NCBI RefSeq assembly: GCF_964213995.1
Contig: NW_027590121.1
Location: 1,736,001-1,800,000, forward strand
Length of the DNA: 64,000 nucleotides
Reading direction: 5' to 3'
DNA from: Mustelus asterias
Taxonomy: Eukaryota
Shown here: positions 35,500-49,118 of the stretch, one piece after another
Layout: each line of letters starts with the position of its first letter
How positions within the stretch are numbered: the stretch's first letter is position 1
Made by a program: the position numbers and the translations under genes
The notes under the pieces: model-generated
Database searches by the model: none
Told to the model about the DNA's origin: nothing
The model's input: the letters and a program-made list of their open reading frames with translations, nothing else

Positions 35500-36340
35500 T
35501 CTGCACCCTCCCTGGATTCACTTCCTTTCCCTTCAGTTGCTGCAAGTCCCCAATGTCCCCCAGAATGAGAAAAGAAATGGAAAGGGGGCTGAAGAGAAAG
35601 TGTTTTACTCATAGATATTGGCGACAGGAGGAAGTTTGAGTCTGTCTGAAGATCAATCTTCATTCACACAAAGCCCGCGCTCTGATTGGCTGGAAGACCA
35701 GAGTCCTTTCGGTCCTCCAACTCTTCCCATTGGTCAACACCTCAGCATGAAGATCAGAGGGTGGGTTCTCCCCTGCACATGCGCAGTCCCAGGCCGGGGG
35801 GAGGGGGAGATCAGCAAGCGGCTTCTCGCTCTGGCCGGAGCCGCCAGCCGGTTGCCTGGAAACCTTGGCTCGATGTGGTGTAGGGGGAGGGGAACAATGG
35901 GTGGGGGCAGGGCTCCCGGGTCCGCGAGCCGGGCCTGCGCACTGGAACCCAGAGACGTCACCGCGGAGCAGAGTGATTCCTATTGGCTGATTCAGGCAGG
36001 ACTCCATTGTGATGTCACAATGCGGAAATTGTCCGATGAGCTTCAGAGTGAAACTCCCTCCTCTTTTGTCCCGACTTCATCTGAGTTTGTTTATTTGGTT
36101 TGACCTAAAAAGAGGGCAACATCTGGGAGGAAATCAATGTTTCCCCCTTTCCATTTCTTTTCTCATTCTGGGGGAAACTGGGGACTTGCAGCAACTGAAG
36201 GAAATGGAGTGAATCCAGTCTGTATATTCCACACATTGTTACTCCAGTAATGTCGACATATATCTGTCTGGCCGCCTGCATGGAGATTTCCAGCTCTCTG
36301 TGTCCAGGGCAGGAAGCAGTGAGCATGGATCTGTCAATCA
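35500..36340. promoter_or_regulatory. Inverted paralog of the 19.1-19.8 kb promoter cassette, lacking the 3.3-kb insert
   Basis: Sequence similarity by eye; the empty site reads (minus strand) CCTGTCGCCAATATCTATGAGTAAAACAC. Confidence 0.7.
36064..36114 (+). mobile_element. About 50-bp Tx1-like 3' terminus
   Basis: TGAGTTTGTTTATTTGGTTTGACCTAAAAAGAG matches the 3'UTR end of the 7107-7488 element; absent at the paralog at about 19357. Confidence 0.7.
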
Positions 36341-39300
36341 CACATGAGGACGGCCTCAAGCGGGACCTTGGGTTCACGTCACACTACCTGTAATCCCCAC
36401 GACTTGCCTGGGCTTGCAAAATCTCACTAACTGTCCTGGCTGGAGACAATACACATCTCTTTAACCTGTGCTTAACCCTCTCTCCACTCACATTGTCTGT
36501 ACTTTTAAGACTTGAATACCTGTAAAGGCTCGCATTCCAACCATTATTCTGTAAATTGAGTTTGTGTCTCTGTGCCCTGTTTGTGAACAGAACTCCCACT
36601 CACCTGACGAAGGAGCAGCGCTCTGAAAGCCTGTGGCTTATGCTACCAAATAAACCTGTTGGATTTTAACCTGGTGTTGTGAGACTTCTTACTGTGCTTA
36701 CCCCAGTCCAACGCCGGCATCTCCACACTCTGAGTGGAAACAGAGAGAAGTAGGAGAGGCCAGAGGTGAAGAGAGAGATTTTATACATCTACAACTCAAC
36801 AGGAACTTTGACAGAATTTCCAAACCCTGTGAACACCATCAGCTCCAAGTTCCTCTCCAACCCACACACCATCCTGACTTGTCTGACATCCAGTACTGAA
36901 AGAACAGAAATTTATTTCATATAAATACTGGGAAGACTGAACCCATTGTGTTCAGTCCCCACTACAAACTCCACTCCCTCACCAACAACTTTATCTCTCC
37001 TCCTGGCAACTGTCTGAGGCTGAACCAGGCTGTTCACAACCAGGGTGAAATAGTTCATCCCAAGATGAGCTTCCAGCCACGTGTCGACATCATCATCAAG
37101 ACCACCTTCATTCATAGAAACATTAATAGTAATTAATAATAATGAATAATAAAATACAGTGTAGAAGGAGCCCATTCAGCCCATCGAGCCTGCACCAACA
37201 ACAATCCCATCCAGGCCCTATCCACATATTTACCTGTTAATCCCCCTGATACCAAGTGGCAACTTATCGTGGCCAATCCGTCTAACCGGCACATCTTTGG
37301 ACTGTGGAAGGAAACCGGAACACCCGGAGGAAACCCACAGACACGGGGAGAATGTAGAAACTCTGCACAGACAGCGACCTGAGGCTGGAATTGAACCCGG
37401 GTCCCTGGCGCTGTTAGGCAGCTGCACTAACCACTGTGCCACCGGGCCACATGTCAGTGCCATCGCCCGACTCCAGCCCAGTCTCAGCTCATCTGGAACC
37501 CTCATCCATTCCATTGTGACGTCACACTCTCACCCATTCCATTGTGACCTCACACCCTCACCCATTCCATTGTGACATCACACTCTCACCCATTCCATTG
37601 TGACGTCAGGGCTTCACTCTCCGATCACAATCCCTGCCGGCCTCCCACATGCAGCCTCAATGGCGGCAGTCAGCCCGGGTCTAACACTACAAGCTGCCGC
37701 TCCATTTGGTACAAAGGGGGGGACCGGGAAGTTCATTTCCGGGGATTGGGTTGGAACAACATGTTTACAAAGTCTCTCCACCCACCCGCCACATTTATCA
37801 TTCCCCGCACGCCGCCCTCTACCTCGTATTGATCTCGCTTCCAAACTAAAACCGTCCGTCCGTTGCCATTACCCGCACTGCGCATGCTTCAGTCGCAGCC
37901 CGGCCCCGCCTCTCATTCACTCCGATTGTTTGGAGGACCAGCCGCTCCCGCTCGGTCCTCCAGCCCCGCCCCCTCTTCCTATTGGCCCGGAGCTGCCGTC
38001 AATCAGTCCCCGGGCATTGTGATGTGGAGCATGCGCAGTGTCATTGCTGTCCTTGGCGCTTGTTTGTCCCGGAGAAGCGGAGTCAGCGTTAGGCGGTGGC
38101 TGGGAGGATTTGGAAACACTTTGTGGATCCGGAAACCCTTCAGAATCATTGTCAGCTCCCTGGTTTGCAACTGCGGGGCTTCTCCCTCCCTCCCTCCCGG
38201 GAACAGGACCAGGTTAACGGCCCCATCCTGGCTCAGCCACTGGAGGATGATTCACATCAGAGGATGGGGGAGGGGGACAATAAATAAGAGGTTACACTTT
38301 GTCCTCAAATCAATGAGGACTCTGATCTCTGGGAAGGAAGGAAACCCTGGGAGGTGGGCGGGGAGGATTCACAAACACCCGCTGGAGGCCCCAACACCCC
38401 CAGTAAAAAGCTGCAGCTCCCTGCAGTGACCAGAGAAAATAATTGATTGATTTTATTTTCAATCTGTAAAAAAGAACTGAACCCAGCCAGAATAGAGGGT
38501 AGGAGAAAATATTTGTGAAGATCTTTCACACTGGGTTTGCCAGGCTGACCAACTCTCTCAGAGAAAATGAAAGGACATCCTTCATGAGTCTGTCGGAGCA
38601 GGTGAGCAGTATTGTGTGCGGTGCTGCTGGAACTGTGTGGGTGGACACGGGCTGGTTGGCAGCCAGAACAGTAGGAAGAGGGTGCTGCACTGATCCATCT
38701 TATGGGTGAAACAGCGCCCATACGCCATGCAGCCTGGCACACTGGAGTCATGGGACAATCCAGTGAAATATGAGATGATTGGTCAATGTGGGAGTTGGTT
38801 GCAGGACAGGGAGGAGGGAAAGTGTTCAGGATGAGGATTTACTGCTGCACAGGAACAAGTGAGGAAACGATGTTCCACAGAAAGTAGTTTCAACTTCCAG
38901 TATCCGCAGTAATTTGCTTTGATTCCAGATAAACTTATTGGACTTTAACCTGGTGTTCTGAGACTTCTTACTGTGCAAACTCCACAGAGACAGTCACCCA
39001 CCGCTGGAATCGAACCCAGACTCAGTGAGGCAGCAGTGCTAACCACTGTGCCACAGTGAGGGTAGTTTGCCGCAAATTTCGGGTGATAACAATGGGCTGG
39101 ATGTTGCTCAGAATGTGGAGCACTGCAGCAAAGTACAGAGAGACAGAGCAGCAGACTGGACTGAGAAATGGAGTCTGCAGACTGGAACTGGCAGCATGAG
39201 GAGAGGTTATTTAGTCTAACACTCACAGCAATCTACAACCCACCCCCATTACCGAGACAGTGAGACAGAGATTACAAACACTCACCAACACAGCTCCAGT

Positions 39301-41259
39301 GAAACGTCCCAGGAAAAAGGGGGAACCTGTGGCGGTTCCTGTCCTGAAATAGCCCCAGGGCTGTCACTCAAACCCCCAACCCGGCCCAGTTCACAGCTCA
39401 GCCTCTCAGCTTGCAGCTTCTTGCACCTTGAGCCAACCCTGTCCAGGTGTGGGAGGGATGTGGAACCACAGAGTGGGGGGAGGGGTGACCTCCTGCTGTG
39501 CCCCAAATAGTTTCTCCTTCCCCTCCCCCTTGGCGCTCTCAGCTCTCAATGCGGGTGTGTTGATGGACATTGCAGAGCCTCACTGAGCTGCGCCTGTCCC
39601 TTATCCTGGGTCACCCCCTCCCCCTGGGTTCAGTGTGTTCAGTTCGGTGCTTCTTTCCCTGCTGAACCTTCGGTTAATCAAAAACAGAAAGTGCTGGAAA
39701 ACCTCAGCAGGTCTGATCGCATCTGTGATCATCCAGACTGGAAGCATTAACTCCATTCTCTCTCCACAGATGCTGTCAGACCTGCTGAGATTTCCAGCAT
39801 TTTCTGTTTCTGTTTCAGATTCCAGCACCCGCAGTATTTTGCTTTTATCTTCATTTAAACAAGTATTCTTTGATGGCCTTTACCCTCCGTGCTCCTTTCC
39901 AGAGCTTCCCACCTTCTGCTATTGTCCCTGACTCCCACATTAACTGTCATTCCTTCCCTTTATCCCGCTCACATCCCGCTCGAAACTCAGGCTCAGAGTT
40001 TTCCCGCCATCTCCCCCTCCCCCAGCTCCCACATCCCAACACCCGGAATCTCCAGCCCAGCGGTTCCAGTTTGTCTGGTTTGAGTTCAGATTTGCCGCAG
40101 CACCGACAGGATTTCACTTCAAACCAGCCGGAACTGACTGCTCACAAATCCCTAAATGTTTCTCCAGCAGCCCGGGCTTGTTAATGTTGTTTAAAGTCAG
40201 CGCCCAAATGCAGTTACTCTCCTCAGTTTAAAAAACTTCTCCGTTTAATCCAAAGTATTATTCGCACCAGACATAAACACAAAATTGTGAACGTTACCCA
40301 CCGCTCCGCGCCCCCCGCCCCCCCCCCCCCCCCCCCCGCCCGCCCCCAACTCCCCCCGCCCCCCCCCCCTCCTCCCCCCGCCCCCCCCCCCTCCTCCCCC
40401 CGCCCCCCCAACGAGACCCGAGCTGGGGTGTCCTGAGTAAGAGACATCTGTTTCGGGTGTGACAATTCTTACACATTCTCTGGTTGACATCAAACGGAAA
40501 ACGCTGGAAATTGCCCCCATTACCGAGACAGTGAGACAGAGATTACAAACACTCACCAACACAGCTCCAGTGAAACGTCCCAGGGAAAAGGGGGAATCTG
40601 TGGCTGTTCCTGTCCTGATATCGCCCCAGGACTGTCACTCAAACCCCCAACCCGGCCCAGTTCACAGCAAATTGCTGCTTTTGTCAAAAGGGTCACTTGG
40701 ACTCGAAACGTCAGCTCTTTTTGTCTCCTTACAGATGCTGCCAGACCTGCTGAGATTTTCCAGCATCTTCTCTTTTGGCTGGAAATACTCAACAAGTCAA
40801 GCAGCCTCTGTGGAGAGAGAAACAGACTGAATGTGACCTGTCATTGGAACTGGGAAATATAATATTATTTCTCGCAACTGAAAGAGACACTTTACAGCCT
40901 TCAGAACAAAACTGAGCTCAACAATTTTACACCACAATCTCTGCCCCCATTGTGATCTGTGTTTCGTTGCTGCTTTTTTCACCTCATTTCCCTCTTGTTT
41001 TCTTTACTTTACATTCAGACTATCGCTCACCGGCTATTCACACCTCATCCAGAACATCTTTTGTGTCTTTACTTGTCCCAGTACCACTCGCTTTGGTCTT
41101 GGGCCGTGAAACATTTTGTCAGTTTGCAGATCTTTCATTTTGTTCTTCTCCACCTCCCTCTCTCAATTCTTCAGAGGTCAGTCTTTGACAAAGGGTCATC
41201 TGGACTTGAAACGTCAGCACTTTTCTCTCTTGACAAATGCCCGTGACCGCTGAAGTGCG

Positions 41260-41712
41260 TCATGGGCATTCAGCCTCTGATCTTTGGGTAAGCATTCTCC
41301 AAGGCGGCCTTCAGGACACACGACAGCGCAGAGTCGCTGAGCAGAAACTGATAGCCAAGTTCCGCACACATGAGGACGGCCTAAACCGGGATGTTGGCTT
41401 TATGTCACACTGTCAGTAACCCCCACAGCTTGCCTCCTGGACTTGCTGGCTGTCCTGTCTGGAGACAATACACATCTCTTTAACCTGTGCTTAATGCTCC
41501 CTCCACTCACATTGTCTGTATGATTAAGAACTGGTTGGCTGTTGAGATTTGCATTCTAATCAGTATTCTGTAACTTGATTTTGTGTCTCTGTGCCCTGTT
41601 TGAGAGCAGATTTCCACTCCATCTGACGAAGGAGCAGCGCTCCAAAAGCTAATGGTATTTGCTACCAAATAAACCTGTTGGACTTTAACCTGGTGTTGTT
41701 AAAACTGTTACT
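41260..41712 (+). mobile_element. Penelope-like 3' fragment
   Basis: Encodes HGHSASDL..RRVAEQKLIAKFRTHEDGLNRD; hammerhead GAAA is mutated to AAAA. Confidence 0.85.
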
Positions 41713-41769
41713 CTAAGTATATCCCCATAGCTCCGGGTGGGAGTGGAATTGATGATTTCTTGACTGTCT

Positions 41770-42380
41770 GTCTGCACTGCTGCCTCACAGTGCCAGGGAC
41801 CCGGGTTCAATTCCCAGCTTGGGTCACTGTCTGTATGGAGTCTGCACGTTCTCCCGTGTCTGTGTGGGTTCCCTCCGGATGCTCCAGTTTCCTCCCACCG
41901 TCTGAAAGATGCGCTATTTAGGTGCATTGACCCAAACAGGTGCTGGAGTGTGGCGACTAGGGGAATTTCACAGTAACTTCATTGCAGTGTTAATGTAAGC
42001 CTTACTTGTGACTAATAAATAAATTTAACTTTTAACTTTAATTTTGTGAACTCATAGAATCGTAGAATCTTACAGTGCAGAAGAAGGCTATTCAGCCCAT
42101 CGAATCTGCACCAACCACAATCCCACCCAGGCCCTATCCCCGTAACACCACATATTTAACCTGCTAATCCTCCTAACACTGGGGTCAATTTTGCATGGCC
42201 AGTCAACCTAAGCAGCACATCTTTGGACTGTGGGAGGAAACCGGAGCACCCGGAGGAAACCCACGCAGACACAGGGAGAATGTGCAGACTCCGCACAGAC
42301 AGTGACCTAAGCCAGGAAATGAACTCAGGTCCCTGGTGCTGTGAGACAGTAGTGCTAACCGCTGTGCCACCATGCCGCCC
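41770..42380. mobile_element. Two adjacent SINEs (41770-42040 plus; 42052-42380 minus)
   Basis: Family head and tail matches. Confidence 0.8.
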
Positions 42381-43299
42381 TCATCTCCTTGAACAAATAG
42401 TAAATTGTAGAGATTATAAAGTTTGAATTGTAATATCTAATGGTGTAAAGTATCTGGGAGCAGAGTGGATGTGATAAAGGCTGGAATACAGACTGTGGGA
42501 ATGAGGCTGAAACTGCTGTGCTCAGTGAGTGGTTCTTATTGGAGGGAGGGATGTAGCGGGATCTTCCTTGTTACTCCACTTACAGGCCGATGTTTGAGGG
42601 TCTGCCGATAGCTGTGAGTGTCTCTCTCTTACAGGCCTTGAAATTTCAAAGGCTGGGGAATGCTGCACTGGGGCAACTCCACAGGAGAGAGCGCTGAACC
42701 AGGCTCACCGTTTATACCTGACCGGTAACCTGATACTTATATCACACAGCCATCCCAAAACCACCACCAAGGCCTGAGTGATTCTCTCCATTGTCAGTGG
42801 GACAACGGCCACCCTGCACCCACTCCACTCGTGTAGGTCTCCAAGAGAGAGAACAGAGAGACTCTGTTCTTTATCTCCTGACCAGCAGTCTCCCTTGAGT
42901 GAGTGGGTTCGAATCGCTCAGATCACCCTCGGTTCCAGACTCCGGATTTATGATAAGGGATATTGAAACTGTGACCTCGTCAGAGTGCACTGATGAGAGA
43001 ACAAGAGGCAAGACGGACTCCAAATGAGTTTCAAAACTTACAGTGATTTATTTAACAATAAAATCAACCTCTTCAATACCCCACCACACATGAATAAAAC
43101 TTATACTTCATACTACACTATGGGAGAAATGCTAATGGGTACAACGTATTACTGAACTTTAAAATTACAATACACCACCCCTCCCCTTGCCTCAACCTCT
43201 ATCCTATCCTCAGGAGCTTCGCAAGTTTGGCTGGGATACTCACAATTCTAAAAGGGGTTCCTTTGTGGTCGGCTCAAATGTCTTAGTGCAGGGTCAAAA

Positions 43300-43790
43300 C
43301 TGAAGAGAGCTCGGTCCTGCTGGTCTGCTTCTCAGCTTGCGATTCTGGAAGAGAGCTTGGTCCTGCTTGTCTGTGTCACTGCTTGCGATTCTGGAAGAGA
43401 GCTTGGTCCTGCTTGTCTGTGTCCCTGCTTGCGATTCTGGAAGAGAGCTTGGTCCTGCTTGTCTGTGTCCCTGCTTGCGATTCTGGAAGAGAGCTTGGTC
43501 CTGCTTGTCTGTGTCACTGCTTGCGATTCTGGAAGAGAGCTTGGTTCTGCTTGTCTGTGTCCCTGCTTGCGATTCTGGAAGAGAGCTTGGTCCTGCTTGT
43601 CTGTGTCCCTGCTTGCGATTCTGGAAGAGAGCTTGGTTCTGCTTGTCTGTGTCCCTGCTTGCGATTCTGGAAGAGAGCTTGGTCCTGCTTGTCTGTGTCC
43701 CTGCTTGCGATTCTGGAAGAGAGCTTGGTTCTGCTTGTCTGTGTCCCTGCTTGTGATTCTGGAAGAGAGCTCGGTTCTGCTTGTTTGACT
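43300..43790 (+). repeat. 46-bp minisatellite, about 10 copies
   Basis: Unit CTTGCGATTCTGGAAGAGAGCTTGGTCCTGCTTGTCTGTGTCCCTG. Confidence 0.95.
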
Positions 43791-44181
43791 CTGAGCTCAA
43801 TTTAACAAAAACACCTTCCCTGTCCCAATAGGTGATTTTCAAGGACAATGGGGCTTTCGATCACCGGCAGTTTCAGTTTAATTTAGTCAAGTCCACACAC
43901 AAAAGGCTGGAACTGCCTTGACCCCCCGTGGGTCGTTATTTCAATGTCTTCTGTGGGTGGGCCGATTTCTGTGGTCATGGACTCCCTGCTGGTCTGTTTA
44001 TGTCCTTTGTCCTTCTGATGATTCGATTACTGGTGTGTCTGCCTTTTTGGCCACTTGCATATTCAGTGGGCTCACACCTTTTTTTCTCTTAGCACAGTCC
44101 ACCGACAGGTTATGTTTGTCCTGCTGAACCTTCTGGGAGGTTTTTATCAGCCAACAGCCAGAGTTGGCCACTTTTAAACTG

Positions 44182-44755
44182 CTATGACAACGGATGAATG
44201 AACACCGCTCGACAATCACCAGGCAAGACTGTTCTCTTCCTGTTGGGGAGCACTTCAGCCGTCACGGGCATTCAGTCTTGGATCTTCAGGTAAGCGTTCT
44301 CAGCCTTCACGACACACGACAGCGCAGAGTCGCTGAGCAGAAACTGATAGCCAAGTTCCGCACACATGAGGACGGCCTAAACCGGGATGTTGGATTTATG
44401 TCACATTATCAGTAACCCCCACAGCTTGCCCCCTCGACTTGCAGAATCTCACGAGCTGTTCTGTCTGGAGACAATACACATCTCTTTAACCTGTGTTTAA
44501 TGCTCCCTCCACCCACATTGTCTGTACCTGTAAGACCTGGCTGGTTGTAGGGATTCGCATTCTAATCAGTATTCTGTAACTTGATTCTGTGTCTCTGTGC
44601 ACTGTTTGAGAGCACATTTCCACTCCATCTGATGAAGGAGCAGCGCTCCGAAAGCTTATGGTATTTGCTACCAAATAAACCTGTTGGACTTGAACCTGGT
44701 GTTGTGAGACTTCTTACTGTGTTCACCCCAGTCCAACGCCGGCATCTCCACATCA
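44182..44755 (+). mobile_element. Penelope-like 3' fragment with intact hammerhead motif (44625-44661)
   Basis: GIY-YIG C-terminal peptide MNEHRSTITRQDCSLPVGEHF; CCAT-CTGATGA-AGGAGCAGCGCTCC-GAAAGCTT-ATGG. Confidence 0.88.
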
Positions 44756-45164
44756 CTTTTAAACTGTCAGGTTTCTCCTGAGTCCTTTTAAAATATGGAG
44801 GATTGCCCTGAAACTTACAGGGATGGGAGGAGGGAGAAAGGGATGGATGGTGAGAGGGAGGGATGGAGAAGGGAGGGAGAGTGAGGTGGATGGGGGGAGA
44901 GAGGGATGAATGGGGGTGAATGTGAGAAGCTGAAGTTTACATTTGAAGAGGTTCCCAGTCACTCTGATCAGCTGAACTGGGGAAGCTTTTGCGCAGACTG
45001 CACTGCTGCTGTTTCCCCTCCTGTCCACCAGGGGTCGCTGTAGGCCTCCCAGCTGCTGCTCCTCCCAGTGTCACCTCTTGCCCACTCCGGCCCCTCCAGT
45101 ACACCTCACTGGAGCCCCAGGCCATTCTTGCCATCCTGCCAGGTCTCGGGTACTGAGGCCAATA

Positions 45165-45467
45165 GTAAAGTTTATTTATGTGTCACAAGAAGGTTTACAT
45201 TCACACTGTAATGAAGTTTCTGTGAAAATCCCCCAGTCACCACACTCCGGCACCTGTTCGGGTACATTGAGGGAGAATTCAGCATGGCCAATGCACCCTA
45301 ACCAGCACATCTTTTGGACTGTGGGAGGAAACCGGAGCACCCGGAGGAGACCCACGCAGACACGGGGAAAATGTGTAAACTCCACACAGTGACCCAAGCT
45401 GGGAATCAAATCCAAATCCCTGGCGCTGTGAGGCAGCAGTGCGAACCACTGTGCCACTGTACCACCC
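45165..45467 (-). mobile_element. tRNA-derived SINE
   Basis: Family match. Confidence 0.8.
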
Positions 45468-46883
45468 AGTGCTCTAAGGTTAAGTTTCTTCTTCAAACCT
45501 AAGAAGATCCAGTGTCACATCAGGACGGGGAAAAAGGAGTCCATTGGCTTCAGATGGATAATGGTAAAAGTTAATATCCCAATGTATTCACTTTATTCCT
45601 TCAAGCTGAGGTTTACAAAGTGAGAATTCCGCTGTTTACAGCAGTGACTAAATAAGCAATGACACTCATCCTATATTTAAATTAGTCTGGAATACACCTC
45701 AATTTCACACAGGTTAACATTTTTCAAGCATTTGGAACCCCAAATGTCTGCTGATGTGTCATCCAGAGCTGTTTTCCTGGCAGTTTGTGTCAGTAGTAGG
45801 CTGCCGTTACCATCCACTCTTGGGCAGGGTGAGGAGACAGCTCCGACACCGACCTCAGCTGGAATGGGGATTGAACCATACATTAGTCCGCAGGCCAGCA
45901 ATGCTGCAGGAATTGCAGAGGGGCTGCACAGAGGTCCAGAATTAGAAGAGGGGGTTGTGGAGATGGAGGAAGCATCTGCAAGACATGGGGACATTTTGGA
46001 TTATCTCAAAATTACAGAATGTGGGAGACCAGTCAGGAATGTGTTGAAATTGTCAAGTCTGGCAGTAATGTGTGGATGTGGGATTCAGCAGCAGATGAAG
46101 GGCTGCACGGTGGAACAGTGGTTGGCACTGCTGCCTGACAGCAGTGGGTTTCTGTGTACGTTCTCCCTGTGTCTGAGTTTCCTCTGGGTGCTTCCGTTTC
46201 CTCCTACATTCCAAAGATGTGCAGGTTAGGTGGATTGGCCATGTTAAATTATCCGTTAGCGTCCAAAGATGTGTAGGTTAGGGGGGGTTAGCAGGGTAAA
46301 TGCACAAGGGTACAGGGCCCATCGAGTCTGCACCGACTCTCCAACAGAGCATCTTACCCAGGCCCTATCCCAGTAGCCCCACATATTTATCCCGCTGTTC
46401 CACTGTGTTACTTATTCATTACAATAGGGACCAGAGTCTGAGGTTATAAATGGGTGAGTTTACTCCAATAGTAATTCTTTCGACATCTGACAAGTTTACA
46501 GCTATTAACATCCTGCCTATCAAATAGCTCCAGCCTACATATGAGAGAACCAACATTCAGAGCTTTCAAATCCTTATCCTGAAGTTACAAAACAGACTTT
46601 AGTCATCGGCCTGCTGATACATCGGCACATTCACACAGGGGTGGATTGGACTGTGATCTGTTTATTGTTCATCTTTAGTTCAATACAGTTTCTGAGTGAT
46701 TTAAATTTAAAACAAGGTCTGCAGGCGTGAAGATTTATTGACACATGAATGAGAGATGCTGTGGGGTATTCTACAAGTCCAACAGGGCTGATTTACATCA
46801 GATAAACTCCAACTATCAGTATAAACATAATTTAGTTGGGATGTAATTAACAGCAGCAATAACAGCAGAATCACCCCCTGTGA

Positions 46884-48089
46884 TCACTGGTGAACTCGCT
46901 GGTGTCTCACCAGGTTGTGTGACTGGGTGAATCTCTTTCCACACATTGAACAAGGGAACGGCTTCTGCTCACTGTGAACTTGTTGGTGTCTCAGCAGAAT
47001 GGATGACCGGGTGAATCCTTTCCCACACTCAGTGCAGGTGAACGGTTTGTCCTCAGAGTGATTTCGCTGGTGTGCGAGCAGAAGTTTTCTGCTTTTAAAG
47101 CTCTTCTCACAGTCAGAACATTTGAACGGTCTCTCATTTGTGTGAACAAGTTGGTGTGAAGTGAGAGAGGATAAACAAGTGAATCCCTTCCCACACACAG
47201 GGCAGGTGAACGGCCTCTCCCCAGTGTGAATTCGCTGGTGTACAGTGAGGTCGCCTGATCGCCTGAAGCCAGTCCCGCAGTGAGAGCATGTGAATGGTCT
47301 CTCGTCAGAGTGAACACGTTGATGGTGACGTAGTTCCTCAGAACTTTTATAGTCCTTCCCGCACTCTGGACATTTAAACGGTCTCTCTTCACTGTGAACT
47401 CGTTGGTGTTTCTGCAGGTTGGATGATCGGTTAAATCCCTTCCCACATTCAGAGCAGGTGAATGGCCTCTCTCCAGTGTGAATGCGCTCATGTGCCACAA
47501 GGTGGAATGATGTCCTGAACCCCTTCTGGCAGTGGGAGTAGCTGAACGGTGTGGAACCGGTGTGAATGTACTGGTGCTCCCGCAGTGTGCGTGGAGTTTT
47601 AAAACTCTTTCCACACTCAGTGCATTAAAACTCTCTCCTGACGGTGTGAACTCGCTGGTGTCTCTGCAGGGCAGAGAAATCTGTGAATCCCTTCCCACAC
47701 TCAGAGCAGGTGAATGGCCTCTCCCCTGTGTGAATGTGCTGATGTATCAGCAGGGCCGATGACTGAGTAAATCCTTTTCCACATTCGGAGCAGGTGAACT
47801 GCCTCTCCCTGCTGTGAATGCGCTGGTGTATCAACAGGCCAGCTGTCTGAGTGAATCCCTTCCCACACACAGGGCAGCTAAAAGGTCTCTCTCCAATGTG
47901 AGTGCGTCGGTGATTTTCCAGGTCAACTGGATAATTGAATCCTTTCCCACAGTCTCCACATTTATACGGTCTCTCCCTGGTGTGACTGCGCTTGTGTCTC
48001 GACAGGCCAGATGATCGATTGAAGCCTTGTCCACATACAGAACACATGTACAGTGTCTCCTCTCTGTGAACGGTGCATTTTTCTTCCAT
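46884..48089 (-). pseudogene. C2H2 zinc-finger gene (about 14 fingers) with a single in-frame TAA at 47625-47627
   Basis: The two ORFs share a frame and fingers continue across the stop (F*CTECGKSF). ATG at 48089; predicted acceptor at about 48196. Confidence 0.8.
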
Positions 48090-48759
48090 GTTCAAAGGCC
48101 GATGATGTTCAGATCCTGATGAATCAAAGCTCCCTGTCTGATCTTGATGTGATCCTTGATTTACAATTTTCTGTAATTCCTCACCTTCTAATCCCCTGAA
48201 AAATGAATTGAAAACAGAAAGTGGGAAACATGAGAGACAAGCCATAAATATACAAAGACAAAATGTGAAACTGAGTTGATCTAATCTGGTAAATTGTGGG
48301 ATTGGGACTAGGAAATAGTGGATATGAAAGCTGCTGGATTGTGACAAAGCCTCAAACTGTTTACCAATGCACTGAGGGAAAGGAACCCTCCACCTCTTCA
48401 GAGCCAACAACAAGAATCCAGCCTTTATGCGTGAAGAGGGAGAGGTCGGGAGGAGGGTGACGGAGAGAGATTTTATACATCAGCAACTCAACCAGGATTT
48501 TGGCAGAATCTCCTAAACCCACAATCTTCCCCACCTGGAAGTACCAGAGCAGCTGCGACATGGGAAAACCTCACAACTCCCTGACTTGGACAAATATCAC
48601 TGTCCCTTCAACGTGACTGGGTTAAAATTCTAATACTCTTGCATTGTGGGAGCACCTACGGACTGCAGAGGTTCAAGAAGAAGGCCAACTATCACCATCA
48701 CAAAGGACAATTGGTGATTGGTAACATATGATAGTAATAGTCTGTGATAGTAATTCATG

Positions 48760-49118
48760 ATGTGGAGATGCCGACGTTGGACTGGGGTAAACACAGTAAG
48801 AAGTTTAACAACACCAGGTTAAAGTCCAACAGGTTTATTTGGTAGCAAAAGCCACACAAGCTTTCGGAGCTCTTAGCCCCTTCTTCAGGTGAGTAGGAAT
48901 TCTGTTCACAAACAGAGCTTATAAAGACACAGACTCAATTTACATGAATAATGGTTGGAATGCAAATACTTACAACTAATCAAGTCTTTAAGAGACGAAA
49001 CAATGTGAGTGGAGAGAGCATCAAGACAGGCTAAAAAGATGTGTATTGTCTCCAGACAAGACAGCCAGTGAAACTCTGCAGGTCCACGCAACTGTGGGAG
49101 TTACAAATAGTGTGACAT
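48760..49118 (-). mobile_element. Penelope-like terminal repeat (different subfamily) with hammerhead motif
   Basis: Minus strand reads CAC-CTGAAGA-A-GGGGC taaga GCTCC-GAAAGCTT-GTG. Confidence 0.75.

Noticed and set aside
40223-40562. Gly-rich proteins
   Set aside because: Translation of a poly-C low-complexity tract.
43294-43848. ORFs in several frames, 140-184 aa
   Set aside because: By-product of a stop-free 46-bp minisatellite.
48090-48413. KRAB or other N-terminal effector domain
   Set aside because: No KRAB, SCAN, BTB or SET motif; the upstream part of the ORF is read-through into the predicted intron.
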